Origin: Candidatus Nomurabacteria bacterium
GTDB taxonomy: Bacteria; Patescibacteriota; Minisyncoccia; Phycocordibacterales; UBA918
DNA: 64,000 bases
NCBI GenBank assembly: GCA_023898565.1
Contig: CP060228.1
Coordinates: 496,594-560,593, forward strand
Direction of reading: 5' to 3'
A program made the translations under genes and the position numbers. Positions 1 through 9,342 of the stretch are shown piece by piece; positions within the stretch are counted from its first letter, which is position 1, and the number at the start of each line of letters is the position of its first letter. The notes under the pieces are model-generated. The model was not told where the DNA came from. It was given only the letters and a program-made list of their open reading frames with translations, and searched no databases.

Positions 1-25
1 TGACGCGACAATCAGGGCGTATCGC

Positions 26-967
26 TTGCCGGCCGGACTATATGTCGGTGTGCATCACGATATGCCAGCTGCCAGTGTGCAACGGCGGTTTGTGCCTGTT
101 GGCATAGAATTGGGTGGCGAATCACATATCATGTGGCTCACGATTGTCAATTTTTTCGACTCGATGAGCGAAAGTTATCAGGTGCATGGAGCAGCTTGGG
201 CGAAATTTGGCCGAGGCGATTTGTTCAAAGGGGCCAAGGTGGATCACTTGTTTGACAAGCGAGTACGTACGCTTTCTATCAAAGAGCTCCAAGCTTTGTT
301 TAGACAAATCGGCTTTTCGTTTCCTGGTGATCGTGCAAAACGGTTTAAAGGGTTCGTGCAAGATTTGTACGGACCGGTTATTCAAGGAGATCCGCGACGT
401 ATTTTTACGGAGTTGGGCGGAAGTATAGATGAGATTTACAAGCGGATAACACGTGGTAAATCAAAAATGCTTCCGGGGTACGGACAAAAATTGCTTTCGC
501 TGTTGGCGCTTTACTTCTATGAGTTTGGTGTGCATGCAGAGATGTTTCCGGGTGCCTACCCGGCCGATCGACATGTACAACGACAGCTCATCCAAAGCGG
601 TGTGATAACCATTGATGCCACCAAAGGATCGGTTGATGCAGCACATGTGATTGCCGAGATAATCCGCACCAGACTCATTCCTTTGCTGGCTGAGCTGGGG
701 GTGTCGGTGCTGGAGTTTTCTCACGCCCAGTGGTTTTTGGGAAATCGACTCTGTCGTCACTGTGCTTCGTGGGTAGCCGAGAAGCGGACGGGAAAGATTG
801 ATCACGCGTGTCCGCTTTGGAAGGATGGTGCGCTTGGTGGCGGATTGTGTGAAGGAGGTAGAGGTACGTCTGACTACCACAGGGTGGGAAGATGGAAAGC
901 GCTATCCCAGCCAAAATCTAATAAAAATGCAAAATATCTGGGTCAAGAAAGACTCTTTGAAGACTAG
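26..967 (+). CDS. HhH-GPD superfamily DNA glycosylase-like protein; start uncertain (TTG at 26 or continues upstream of the window)
   Basis: Helix-hairpin-helix-like LPGYGQKLLSLLAL, followed about 20 aa later by PADRHVQRQL, which resembles the catalytic-Asp loop (xDTHVxRxxxR) of Nth/Ogg/AlkA-type glycosylases. Confidence 0.35.
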   Translation: MPAGLYVGVHHDMPAASVQRRFVPVGIELGGESHIMWLTIVNFFDSMSESYQVHGAAWAKFGRGDLFKGAKVDHLFDKRVRTLSIKELQALFRQIGFSFPGDRAKRFKGFVQDLYGPVIQGDPRRIFTELGGSIDEIYKRITRGKSKMLPGYGQKLLSLLALYFYEFGVHAEMFPGAYPADRHVQRQLIQSGVITIDATKGSVDAAHVIAEIIRTRLIPLLAELGVSVLEFSHAQWFLGNRLCRHCASWVAEKRTGKIDHACPLWKDGALGGGLCEGGRGTSDYHRVGRWKALSQPKSNKNAKYLGQERLFED

Positions 968-1021
968 AGGTTCGCCTCTAGTTTTTTTCTGTCTGTCTAC
1001 ATCAAATGCTTTTTTTACTAT

Positions 1022-1762
1022 GTGTTCTGGTTGGTGGATGGTACAATTTCTGAGATTATGCCTCGTTCAGCGGATGAACTAGATAACTCAGAAGATCGTA
1101 CCTCAAGGAGACGAGCGGCTGCGTCGCGCGTAACCGCACGTCGAGGAGTTGCGCGTAGCACCAATCGCCGAGTGACTCGTGCACGGGCCATTACAAAGCC
1201 AGAAGTGGTTGAAGAAGAAAGAAGCGTTCCTCCAGTCAGTGAAGACGCTGGGTCAGTGTCGCGAAAAGCTCCAACTGGCATCAGCGATGAAAAGGCGCTT
1301 GAACGAAGAAGGCAAACGCGGTTGATTATCATCGGCGTGTTAGTAGCAATTGGGGTAGGTGCGTCGGCTGCAGTCGGGTTTACGGATGAAGGAGAAATCG
1401 ATGTATTAAAAACTATCGAAGCACGTAATGAGCGTATCCGTAATAATCAGGCAACAGAGCAAGATGTTCTTACGACTACTATTGAAGTGCCGGTGCAAAA
1501 TACTAATGAGCGCAAGGTTGATGGCGGACTGAAGGGGCGCGGCACCGGAGGTGCCGCGCCGGAACCACCAGAAGAGGTTGCTAGTACAACTGCCAGTTCC
1601 ACCGACGTAACTGCGTCAAGTACGGATGCAACCGCCAGCTCAACAGATGCTGTCATTGAAGAAGAGGAAGAGGTTGCTGCAGATGAATCAGATGCGCCTA
1701 GTGCTGACACAGCAGCGGCGCGTCCGGAGGACGCGCCGCTCGAGGAGGAAATAGCGCAGTAG
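1022..1762 (+). CDS. Hypothetical membrane-anchored low-complexity protein with an Arg-rich N-terminus, one TM helix and an acidic Ser/Thr/Asp-rich C-terminus with tandem repeats
   Basis: Long ORF with a basic N-terminal segment (RRRAAASRVTARRGVARSTNRRVTRAR), a hydrophobic helix LIIIGVLVAIGVGASAAV and repeated ASSTD(V/A)T units. The start may instead be the internal Met at about 1061. Confidence 0.4.
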   Translation: MFWLVDGTISEIMPRSADELDNSEDRTSRRRAAASRVTARRGVARSTNRRVTRARAITKPEVVEEERSVPPVSEDAGSVSRKAPTGISDEKALERRRQTRLIIIGVLVAIGVGASAAVGFTDEGEIDVLKTIEARNERIRNNQATEQDVLTTTIEVPVQNTNERKVDGGLKGRGTGGAAPEPPEEVASTTASSTDVTASSTDATASSTDAVIEEEEEVAADESDAPSADTAAARPEDAPLEEEIAQ

Positions 1763-1764
1763 CG

Positions 1765-2175
1765 CTATTTTTTATTATCTGCGCTGCATTTCTCGCAACG
1801 GCAGCCCATCGGCTTAATGATTTGCTTGAAGTAGTCTTTGCCGTAGTGGTAGGTTAATTCTTCGCCAGGCGCAATTTTGCGTTTGGTATGAATAAATACT
1901 TGCTTCTCGTCGTCTGAGAGCTCGGCTTCGCAGTTTGGTTTGCAGCTGTGGTTTAGGTAGCGGGCGGTATTTTCGCGACCTTTACCATCAATGGTCCGCG
2001 CATCGTTAAGTTCAAAGAGATACTTGCCACCGCGTCGCTGCGCTTCCTCGTCAGTGATAATTTCCCCGGTGTACTCAATCACGAGTTCGCCTTTTTCATA
2101 CGCTTCGGTTGCAAAGAGTCCGAGTCCAGCACTGCTCCTACCAACGCGAAATTTTTTGCTGCCAGTTTTTTTCAT
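1765..2175 (-). CDS. SET-domain protein (putative protein-lysine methyltransferase)
   Basis: 136 aa with a GxG-like N-terminus, ELxY-type and NHSCKPNC motifs and a Cys-rich post-SET tail (CRCEKC). Confidence 0.75.
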   Translation of the reverse strand: MKKTGSKKFRVGRSSAGLGLFATEAYEKGELVIEYTGEIITDEEAQRRGGKYLFELNDARTIDGKGRENTARYLNHSCKPNCEAELSDDEKQVFIHTKRKIAPGEELTYHYGKDYFKQIIKPMGCRCEKCSADNKK

Positions 2176-2243
2176 GTCGCGGGTAGTATACCAGAGTCAT
2201 CTTTGCACAGGAGTGGAAAACTCAAATCGTAAAAGCTGCTAGA

Positions 2244-4607
2244 ATGTGGGCAATGAGTGATGTTCTTGAAAAGTTCGTTCGCGCTGCCAATTATTTGTCA
2301 GCTGCGCAAATTTATTTAAAAGATAATGCATTATTAGCCGAGCCACTTCAGTCTGAGCATATTAAGCCGCGACTCTTGGGGCACTGGGGTACCTGTCCAG
2401 GTATCAACTTTACCTACGCTCATCTCAATCGGGCGATAATTGCGCACGATGTCGAGATGATGTTCGTGCTTGGTCCGGGGCACGGCTTCCCGGCGGTACA
2501 GGCCAATCTCTTCCTCGAGGGGACGTTATCGAAGTATTTCAAAGACATCACGCACAACTCAGCGGGCATTGCGCACATGGCGCGCATGTTCTCGTGGCCA
2601 TATGGCTACCCAAGTCACAGCAACCCAGAGGCGCCGGGCGTTATCCTTGAAGGTGGGGAGCTTGGCTACTCACTCTCTACCTCATACGGTGCCATTCTCG
2701 ATAATCCAGATTTGGTCGTGGCGTGTCTCGTTGGTGACGGTGAAGCTGAGACTGGTCCAACGGCCACGGCGTGGCATTTAAATAAATTAATCGACCCGGG
2801 CAAGAATGGCGCGGTGTTGCCAATCTTGCACCTCAATGGCTACAAGATTTCTGGCCCAACATTTTACGGACGCATGAGCGATGAAGAGCTCAAGGCGCTC
2901 TTCTGGGGTTACGGGTATGAACCACACTTTGTGGATGCGTATGTTGAAGAAGACGTACATGGTCGCATGATGGAGGTGATGGACGAGGCGATTGAAGCGA
3001 TTCGTTTTACGCAGCACTGCGCGCGTGAGGGGACGCTGCATGAGAATCCTCGTTTTCCAATGATTGTTTTGCGTACACCAAAGGGCTGGGGCAGTATCGA
3101 TTATATTGGTGAAAATAAAATTGAAGACAACTGTCTCTCACATCAAGTGATTGCTGACCAGGCAAAGACTGACGAAGGGCAGCGCAAGCAGCTCGAAGAC
3201 TGGCTTCGTTCGTATCGATTCCATGAGCTATGGGATGGCGAGAAGTTCGATGATGACATCATGAGCCTGATTCCGCGCGAAGGTCGTCGTATGGGTGATA
3301 CGCCACATGCTCGTGGCGGTGACCCAGTCTACAAGCCGCTCGTTTTGCCGAAGGTAGAAGACTACGACAAAGAGCAGATTTGTAATCTTGACGAACCAAT
3401 TTGTGGTACCGAAAGCGGTATGGAAAAGATTGGGTCGTACTTGCGTGATGCTATGAAGCTCAACGCTGACAATCGTAATCTTCGTCTCATGTCGCCAGAT
3501 GAGACCTACTCGAATAAGCTAAGTGCTGTTTTTGAAGTGACTAAACGTGCCTTTGTGTGGCCACATAAGGAATGGGATCGTGATATGGCGTGGGATGGTC
3601 GCGTGCTTGAGATGCTGTCTGAGCACTCACTCCAGGGGCTTTTACAGGGTTATGTGCTCACGGGTCGTCATGGCGTGTTTGTGTCATATGAAGCCTTCGT
3701 GCAGATTGTGGCGAGTATGACCGATCAATATTCAAAGTTTCTCAAAATTGCCCGTGATGTGAAATGGCGTGAAGCCTTCCCGTCACTCAACTACATCCTT
3801 ACCTCAGGTGCGTGGCGTCAAGAGCATAACGGCTTCTCACACCAAAACCCTGGCTTTATCGATGGGGTCTTGCAGCGACAGGGATGCTACACCAATGTGT
3901 ACTTTCCAGCCGACGCCAACTCAGCACTAGTGGCATTTGAGCGCATGATGAAGTCAACTAAGGAGATTAATGTGCTGGTGTGTGAAAAACGACCGCTCCC
4001 AGTCTGGCGTACCATTGATGAAGCCAAGCGTGACATGGAAGACGGTGTGGCAATTTGGGATTTTGCCAGTGATGAAGATCCACACATGGTCTTTGCGGCG
4101 GCAGGGGACTACCCAACACTCGAGGCGCTTGCAGCTATTAGTTTGGTCCGTCAGATGGTGCCGGCGATGCGCATGCGCTTTGTAAATATTTCTTCACTGT
4201 CAGCGCTTGGTATTGGCAACTCAAGTTGTCGCGTACTTCGTCATGACTTCAAACACTATTTCACCGAAGAGCAGCCAGTCTTGGTTAATTTCCACGGTTA
4301 CCCACAGACGATGAAACAGGTGCTCTTTGATTACGCTCAGAACCCAGATCGTTTCATTGTGCATGGGTACGAAGAAAGCGGCTCAACTACTACACCATTT
4401 GACATGATGGTGCGAAACCGCGTCGATCGTTACCACCTAGCGATGGAAGCCTTTGCAAAAGCTGCCGAGCAAAATGTGATTACTGAGACTGAAGCACAAA
4501 AGCTCATCTCAAGTTTCCAAGAGAAGTTGGCTGAACATCGTGCCTACGTAATTGAACACGGAGAAGATCTAGAAGAAATTACAAACTGGGTATGGCAACA
4601 ACGTTAG
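2244..4607 (+). CDS. xfp: Xylulose-5-phosphate/fructose-6-phosphate phosphoketolase
   Basis: 787 aa with a characteristic N-terminus (KFVRAANYLSAAQIYL), a GHWGTCPG motif and a TPP-enzyme-like length and composition. Confidence 0.92.
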   Translation: MWAMSDVLEKFVRAANYLSAAQIYLKDNALLAEPLQSEHIKPRLLGHWGTCPGINFTYAHLNRAIIAHDVEMMFVLGPGHGFPAVQANLFLEGTLSKYFKDITHNSAGIAHMARMFSWPYGYPSHSNPEAPGVILEGGELGYSLSTSYGAILDNPDLVVACLVGDGEAETGPTATAWHLNKLIDPGKNGAVLPILHLNGYKISGPTFYGRMSDEELKALFWGYGYEPHFVDAYVEEDVHGRMMEVMDEAIEAIRFTQHCAREGTLHENPRFPMIVLRTPKGWGSIDYIGENKIEDNCLSHQVIADQAKTDEGQRKQLEDWLRSYRFHELWDGEKFDDDIMSLIPREGRRMGDTPHARGGDPVYKPLVLPKVEDYDKEQICNLDEPICGTESGMEKIGSYLRDAMKLNADNRNLRLMSPDETYSNKLSAVFEVTKRAFVWPHKEWDRDMAWDGRVLEMLSEHSLQGLLQGYVLTGRHGVFVSYEAFVQIVASMTDQYSKFLKIARDVKWREAFPSLNYILTSGAWRQEHNGFSHQNPGFIDGVLQRQGCYTNVYFPADANSALVAFERMMKSTKEINVLVCEKRPLPVWRTIDEAKRDMEDGVAIWDFASDEDPHMVFAAAGDYPTLEALAAISLVRQMVPAMRMRFVNISSLSALGIGNSSCRVLRHDFKHYFTEEQPVLVNFHGYPQTMKQVLFDYAQNPDRFIVHGYEESGSTTTPFDMMVRNRVDRYHLAMEAFAKAAEQNVITETEAQKLISSFQEKLAEHRAYVIEHGEDLEEITNWVWQQR

Positions 4608-5779
4608 TTGTTAATCCGGGTAGCTCATCTAGAAAATATGCGCTGTACGAGCGCGGGCAAGTGGTGTTGGAGCTTCGGTTTGAAGATACTAATTCTGGCT
4701 TTGAAATGTGTTCACAGGTGTCGGGGACACAGCAGATTTGTGAAGCGGTTTCAAAAGATGATTTTACTGAAGCGTTTGCACGAGTAGAAGATGCAGTGAA
4801 CAGCTATCTGTTTCGTGAAGGGCGGGGGAGACGTCTTGATAACGTTGTGGTACGAGTTGTGGCGCCGGGAACTTTTTTCCAGCGACATGCGGTGATTGAT
4901 GACGCGTATGTTGCTGAGCTCAAAAAGAAAGTCACGGTAGCACCACTACACGTACCACACATTCTGCGTGAAATCGAAAGTGCGCAAAAGCATTTTAAGC
5001 AGGCGCGCTTGATTGCTGCATCTGATAGTGCGTTTCATAGCGAGATTCCACTGGTAGCACGTGAATACAGTATTCTTCGAGAAGATGCCAATGAGTTTGA
5101 TATTCATCGCTTTGGGTATCATGGACTGTCAGTTGCTTCTGTGGTGCGTCGTATTCATGCGCTTATTGGTCTTGATCCTGAGCGACTGGTGGTTTGTCAT
5201 ATTGGTAGCGGTACGAGTGTAACGGCGGTGAAAAATGGCAAGAGTGTTGAGACCTCTATGGGCTTTGCCCCTGCCACTGGACTTCCGATGGGGAGTCGGG
5301 CGGGAGATGTAGATACAGCAGCGCTCTTGGAATTGATGCGAGCAAAGCACTGGCGGCCGAGCGAAGCTGAGATGTATATCAATACCAATGGTGGCTTTGC
5401 TGGTATGGCTGGCGAGTCTGATATCCGACGCTTGCTCGATCGTCGCTCAAAGAATGATGCCGTGGCGGCACAGGCACTTAACGTGTTTGCCTATAATATG
5501 CAAAAAATGATTGCAGCTCAGACGGTCGCGCTTGGCGGCCTTGATGCGATAGTGCTCACGGCCACTGCGGCCGTGCGCAGCTCTGAGCTTCGTGCGCTTA
5601 TTTTACAAGGACTTTCGCATCTAGGTGTTCAGATGAGCAAAGATCGCAACGATCTCTTAGTGAGTAAGGAAGGAGTGATTAGTGTCCGCAACAGCACCGT
5701 GAAGGTGGTGGTAATGCGAACTGATGAAATGGGAGAGATGGCTCAGGTGGCTGAGCAAATTCTGCTTGGGGTTGTGTAA
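4592..5779 (+). CDS. ackA: Acetate kinase
   Basis: N-terminal LVVNPGSSSRKYALY (acetate/propionate kinase ATP motif) at about 395 aa. It overlaps the xfp stop by 16 nt, so the two genes form an operon. Confidence 0.88.
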   Translation: MATTLVVNPGSSSRKYALYERGQVVLELRFEDTNSGFEMCSQVSGTQQICEAVSKDDFTEAFARVEDAVNSYLFREGRGRRLDNVVVRVVAPGTFFQRHAVIDDAYVAELKKKVTVAPLHVPHILREIESAQKHFKQARLIAASDSAFHSEIPLVAREYSILREDANEFDIHRFGYHGLSVASVVRRIHALIGLDPERLVVCHIGSGTSVTAVKNGKSVETSMGFAPATGLPMGSRAGDVDTAALLELMRAKHWRPSEAEMYINTNGGFAGMAGESDIRRLLDRRSKNDAVAAQALNVFAYNMQKMIAAQTVALGGLDAIVLTATAAVRSSELRALILQGLSHLGVQMSKDRNDLLVSKEGVISVRNSTVKVVVMRTDEMGEMAQVAEQILLGVV

Positions 5780-5842
5780 ATCCTAAATCTTCTTGGTTTG
5801 GATGATAGTATACTAGTAAGCTTCTGAGCGATTGATAATTTT

Positions 5843-7153
5843 ATGTCTTGGTATCAAAAAAATCGTAAGCCACTCTTTCAGGCAATTCTTATATTTGTCC
5901 TGCTTTTTGGTTCAGTGGTGTTACTGACGCTTTACTATGATTTCACCAATATAGATCTTGGGGGATTATTGTTTCTGATGTCTTTCTTGTGTTGTGTTTT
6001 CGTGGCAAAAAATATCTATGACGTGACTCAGAATAGTGTAACCTCGGAAGAGCTTAAAAAAAGTGTTGCGCTCGATATGGCGGCTACGTCCGAAGAACTC
6101 TATGTACAGTTATATAAAAATAGTCCAGTTCCGTATCTTATCATCGATTTTGAGGGGAACATTAAATCTGCCAATATTTCTGCGGTACGCATGCTGGGAG
6201 TGGCGCAGCTTAAGGTAAAGGGTATTAATATTTTTAGTCGTTTGCAAAGTACTGAGCCCGAACATCTCGATTTACTGGTTGAAAAATACCGCAATGGTAT
6301 CGCGGTGAGCGATGAAATGGTTCGAGTGAGGCGTCCCGATCACCGCGAGGTTTGGTCACTTTTGTCACTTTTTGGTTTTACCAATGTTAGTGGCGAACGG
6401 GTTGGCCTCATGACGCTGGTTGATATCACCAAACAAAAAAAAGCTGAGGATGCAAAATCAGAATTTGTTTCGTTGGCCTCACACCAATTGCGCACACCAA
6501 TTGCTGGCATGAAGTGGAGCGCGGAGCTGCTTCTTATGGACGACTCAAATGCGCTCACAGAGCGTCAGCATAAGTACATTGATCGATTGCTTATCAGTAT
6601 CATGCGTATGTCTCGACTGGTTGACGACTTCCTTCGTGTTTCGCGCTTTGAATTAGGTACTTTTAAGGCGGAATACACCACGGTGTCTTTGTCAGAACTG
6701 TTTGATGACATCATATCAGAATTGGCTGTTAAAGTTGATCAGAAAAAACTCATCGTGAAAAAGTTTTACGATGAGACCGTTGACGCAGTAGTTACTGATC
6801 AAAATCTTATCCGGATGATCGTCACCAACTTATATTCAAACGCAACCAAATACACCCGTGAGGAGGGAACTATCCATTTAGGATTTGGACGCAAGGATGA
6901 CAGTCTGGTGATTACTGTGGCTGACAATGGTATGGGAATTCCGGCAGAAGACCAAGAAGAGATTTTCAGTAAATTATTCCGTGCATCCAACGCGGTTCGC
7001 AACGTGCCGGATGGGACAGGACTGGGGCTGTACATTGTTCGTGAAGCAGTTGCGGTACTAAAGGGTCAGGTTACCTTTACTACTACTGAAAATATTGGCA
7101 CTACGTTTGAAGTTACTTTGCCGCTAGAGCTCTCGGCTGAAACAAAAAAGTAA
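5843..7153 (+). CDS. Sensor histidine kinase (N-terminal TM, PAS-like domain, HisKA/HATPase_c)
   Basis: H-box SHQLRTPIAGMKW, N-box NLYSNATKYT and G-box GTGLGLYIVRE, with two N-terminal hydrophobic helices. Confidence 0.85.
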   Translation: MSWYQKNRKPLFQAILIFVLLFGSVVLLTLYYDFTNIDLGGLLFLMSFLCCVFVAKNIYDVTQNSVTSEELKKSVALDMAATSEELYVQLYKNSPVPYLIIDFEGNIKSANISAVRMLGVAQLKVKGINIFSRLQSTEPEHLDLLVEKYRNGIAVSDEMVRVRRPDHREVWSLLSLFGFTNVSGERVGLMTLVDITKQKKAEDAKSEFVSLASHQLRTPIAGMKWSAELLLMDDSNALTERQHKYIDRLLISIMRMSRLVDDFLRVSRFELGTFKAEYTTVSLSELFDDIISELAVKVDQKKLIVKKFYDETVDAVVTDQNLIRMIVTNLYSNATKYTREEGTIHLGFGRKDDSLVITVADNGMGIPAEDQEEIFSKLFRASNAVRNVPDGTGLGLYIVREAVAVLKGQVTFTTTENIGTTFEVTLPLELSAETKK

Positions 7154-7190
7154 GGGAAGAAGTAGTCGAGCCTAGTAAAAGAGCGCCTCT

Positions 7191-7562
7191 CTATGAGAGG
7201 CGCTCTTCGATTCGGGCGAGTAAATCCATGACGCTCCAGTTTGGTTTAAACAAAACATCCTCCAAAGGTAAATCAATATTTTTTGAAATGTTATCTACCG
7301 ATTCAGAAGCGGTAAGCACCATGATTTTTGCTTTCGCACCCCAGTCGGTTTCGCGGATGCGTCGATATACTTCGTAACCATCAATATCAGGTAGACGAAT
7401 GTCGAGCAGAATGAGGTCTGGTTTTTGCTCAATTGCCATAGCGACCCCCTCTCGTCCAGTTGGCGCTAACACTGCCTCGTAGCCTTTGATGCTTAGCATA
7501 TCGAATAATGATTCTGCTAGGTACGGAGAGTCTTCAATGACAAGTATCTTTTTCTTTTCCAT
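7191..7562 (-). CDS. Response regulator, receiver domain only (CheY-like)
   Basis: KILVIEDSP...LILLDIRLPDIDGYEV...K; 123 aa with no output domain. Confidence 0.85.
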   Translation of the reverse strand: MEKKKILVIEDSPYLAESLFDMLSIKGYEAVLAPTGREGVAMAIEQKPDLILLDIRLPDIDGYEVYRRIRETDWGAKAKIMVLTASESVDNISKNIDLPLEDVLFKPNWSVMDLLARIEERLS

Positions 7563-7659
7563 ACGTATTAGTGTAACTCATTTTTAAGGTTTTTGGGTTT
7601 TTGGCTGTGGTCGCGCCCGGGTAGCAGCTGTCATTCACTACTGTTTTTGGTAAGAAAAT

Positions 7660-8301
7660 GTGAGACAATACGTCAAAACTAATATGAAAAAACAATTTAT
7701 TCTTTTGCTGATTATTGTACTGGCTCTTGTCGGTTTTTTTCTGTACAAGCAAGTAGTAAAACCACAGCTTGATAACCGTACTGTTGCTACGGTTGTTCCG
7801 GCTACTATTACTAATGAAACGCTTGGTTTTGGATTCACATTTCCAAGTGGTGAAGCGGGCTTTTCAATGATTGAGCCGCCGCTTCCAGAAGGGAGTGTCG
7901 ATGGGTTGCAGAAGATTTATCTCATTATGGATACGCAGAGTTATCTGATGTACCAGCAAGGTGACGATGCTGAAACTCCGCCAGCAGTGAGCGTGTTTGT
8001 GTTCACGATGCCCGATATGGAAAGCGCTGACGGACTTGATAGACTTGGTAAGTTAAAATTGTGGGCAGAGACATACAGTCGATATTCATCGTACGCGCTC
8101 AAGACATCAGACATTGAGACGGTTGAGATGGATGGAATTAAGGCGATTCGCTACACTGCTGAAGGAGCGCTGTATAAACAACAGGTATATTTAGTGTCAT
8201 ATCAAGGCAATATCTACATGTTTGCGGGTCAGTACATCAATGATACAGACACAATTAGAGACATGTATCTTCAGTTAGTTGCTTCTGCGACATTCGATTA
8301 G
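7660..8301 (+). CDS. Hypothetical membrane-anchored protein
   Basis: N-terminal hydrophobic helix FILLLIIVLALVGFFLY. The likely start is the MKKQF Met at about 7684. No motif was recognised. Confidence 0.4.
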   Translation: MRQYVKTNMKKQFILLLIIVLALVGFFLYKQVVKPQLDNRTVATVVPATITNETLGFGFTFPSGEAGFSMIEPPLPEGSVDGLQKIYLIMDTQSYLMYQQGDDAETPPAVSVFVFTMPDMESADGLDRLGKLKLWAETYSRYSSYALKTSDIETVEMDGIKAIRYTAEGALYKQQVYLVSYQGNIYMFAGQYINDTDTIRDMYLQLVASATFD

Positions 8302-8374
8302 TCTGCGACAGTTATGTGAAATATAAAGAAAGCGCGTGTCACAGGACACGCGCTTTTAAATATGGAGAACTGCA

Positions 8375-9067
8375 TTATGCAACCCTCCGAAGGACTTCAA
8401 GTTCAGGTGCAGTATATTCCTGCGCCTGGGCTCGGCCGGTAATTTTGACCGTTTTGAACTGGTCTTTACCATGCTTTACCGTGATGCTGTACGGCAGTGC
8501 TTCGAACTGCACCCCAATTTTCTCCAGATGATTTGCCAGCAGCTCGCGAAGAACTGCGTAGGCTTCCTGGTAGTTGTGCTCATCAGCGTAGATGTGAATC
8601 GCGTCGGTGAGTACATTGAGGTAGCGGTTAATGCGACGCCGCTTCAGCAGGAACGGAATCACACGCATGGCGCGTCTGACCGTCTTGAAACGGCGAAGCG
8701 GCCCAAGCCACGTCGGCAGCTCCAGGCGATCAACCCGGATACCGAACCGACTAATCTCGATTGCGCCAGCTGGGATTTGATTGGTCGGCAGACCGTTTTC
8801 CCGTAGCACTTCTTTGACGGGCACTTCAATCAGCTCGTCTTCGATGATGATGCGGCAGCCGGCGACAACAACGCCACCTTCGACCAAAATGACAAACACG
8901 CTGTGCGCGTCGTATTGGTCGAAGCCTCCTTTGGGTTCCCACTTGTGCTTGTGCACATAGTGGTCGTCTCTGATTGTGATGTACTGGTGAATGAAATGCT
9001 CACCCTCCTCGTCACCGAGGCTGGTAAGCCAGACTTCGATGTTGCCATGGTTGTGGAGCATTTTCAT
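8375..9067 (-). CDS. LuxI/autoinducer-synthase-family acyltransferase-like protein (AHL synthase, N-acyl amino acid synthase or exosortase-associated acyltransferase type)
   Basis: Matches to LuxI-family signature positions: R..YV.K.KW (compare R..VFKERKGW), GGFDQYD (compare EIDQYD), VAGCRII (compare FGCWRIL) and AIEISRFGI (compare IWELSRFAI). Start chosen at MKMLHNHG because it has the SD GAAGGGG; the track's alternative GTG start at 9175 would add 36 aa. Confidence 0.55.
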   Translation of the reverse strand: MKMLHNHGNIEVWLTSLGDEEGEHFIHQYITIRDDHYVHKHKWEPKGGFDQYDAHSVFVILVEGGVVVAGCRIIIEDELIEVPVKEVLRENGLPTNQIPAGAIEISRFGIRVDRLELPTWLGPLRRFKTVRRAMRVIPFLLKRRRINRYLNVLTDAIHIYADEHNYQEAYAVLRELLANHLEKIGVQFEALPYSITVKHGKDQFKTVKITGRAQAQEYTAPELEVLRRVA

Positions 9068-9198
9068 GCGGTCACCCCTTCGGTGAAAATTTTTGTACTC
9101 GATTGATGGGAGAACCTCCCACCGCGAGAAAAGGGGAGGTTCCGCCTTTCCAAGAATGACAATAACAAATGTCACCTCAGAGCTGAAGCGACCCTATC

Positions 9199-9226
9199 AT
9201 ATATGTTGACAAATGTCAACATATAT
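9199..9226. promoter_or_regulatory. 28-bp perfect palindrome ATATATGTTGACA-AA-TGTCAACATATAT upstream of the LuxI-like gene; putative operator overlapping a -35 (TTGACA on both strands)
   Basis: Read directly: 13-bp arms with a 2-bp centre, located about 130 nt upstream of the 9067 start, in the intergenic region between two minus-strand genes. Confidence 0.45.
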
Positions 9227-9342
9227 TTTGCATAAAAAAGAAACTGAGTAATTTTCTGTTGAAAATAAAGACTGTTTTTGTGTCCTGATTAGGTAACTGT
9301 TATGCGCTCTAGTCAATATGGGGGAAACTTATGTGGTCTAAT

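Noticed and set aside
2470-2781. 103-aa plus-strand ORF inside phosphoketolase (other frame), plus similar internal ORFs (3887..4087, 5129..5350, 16343..17113, 38883..39337, 49274..49678, 58163..58621 and others)
   Set aside because: Nested in or antisense to strongly supported genes; Arg/Ser-rich low-complexity translations.
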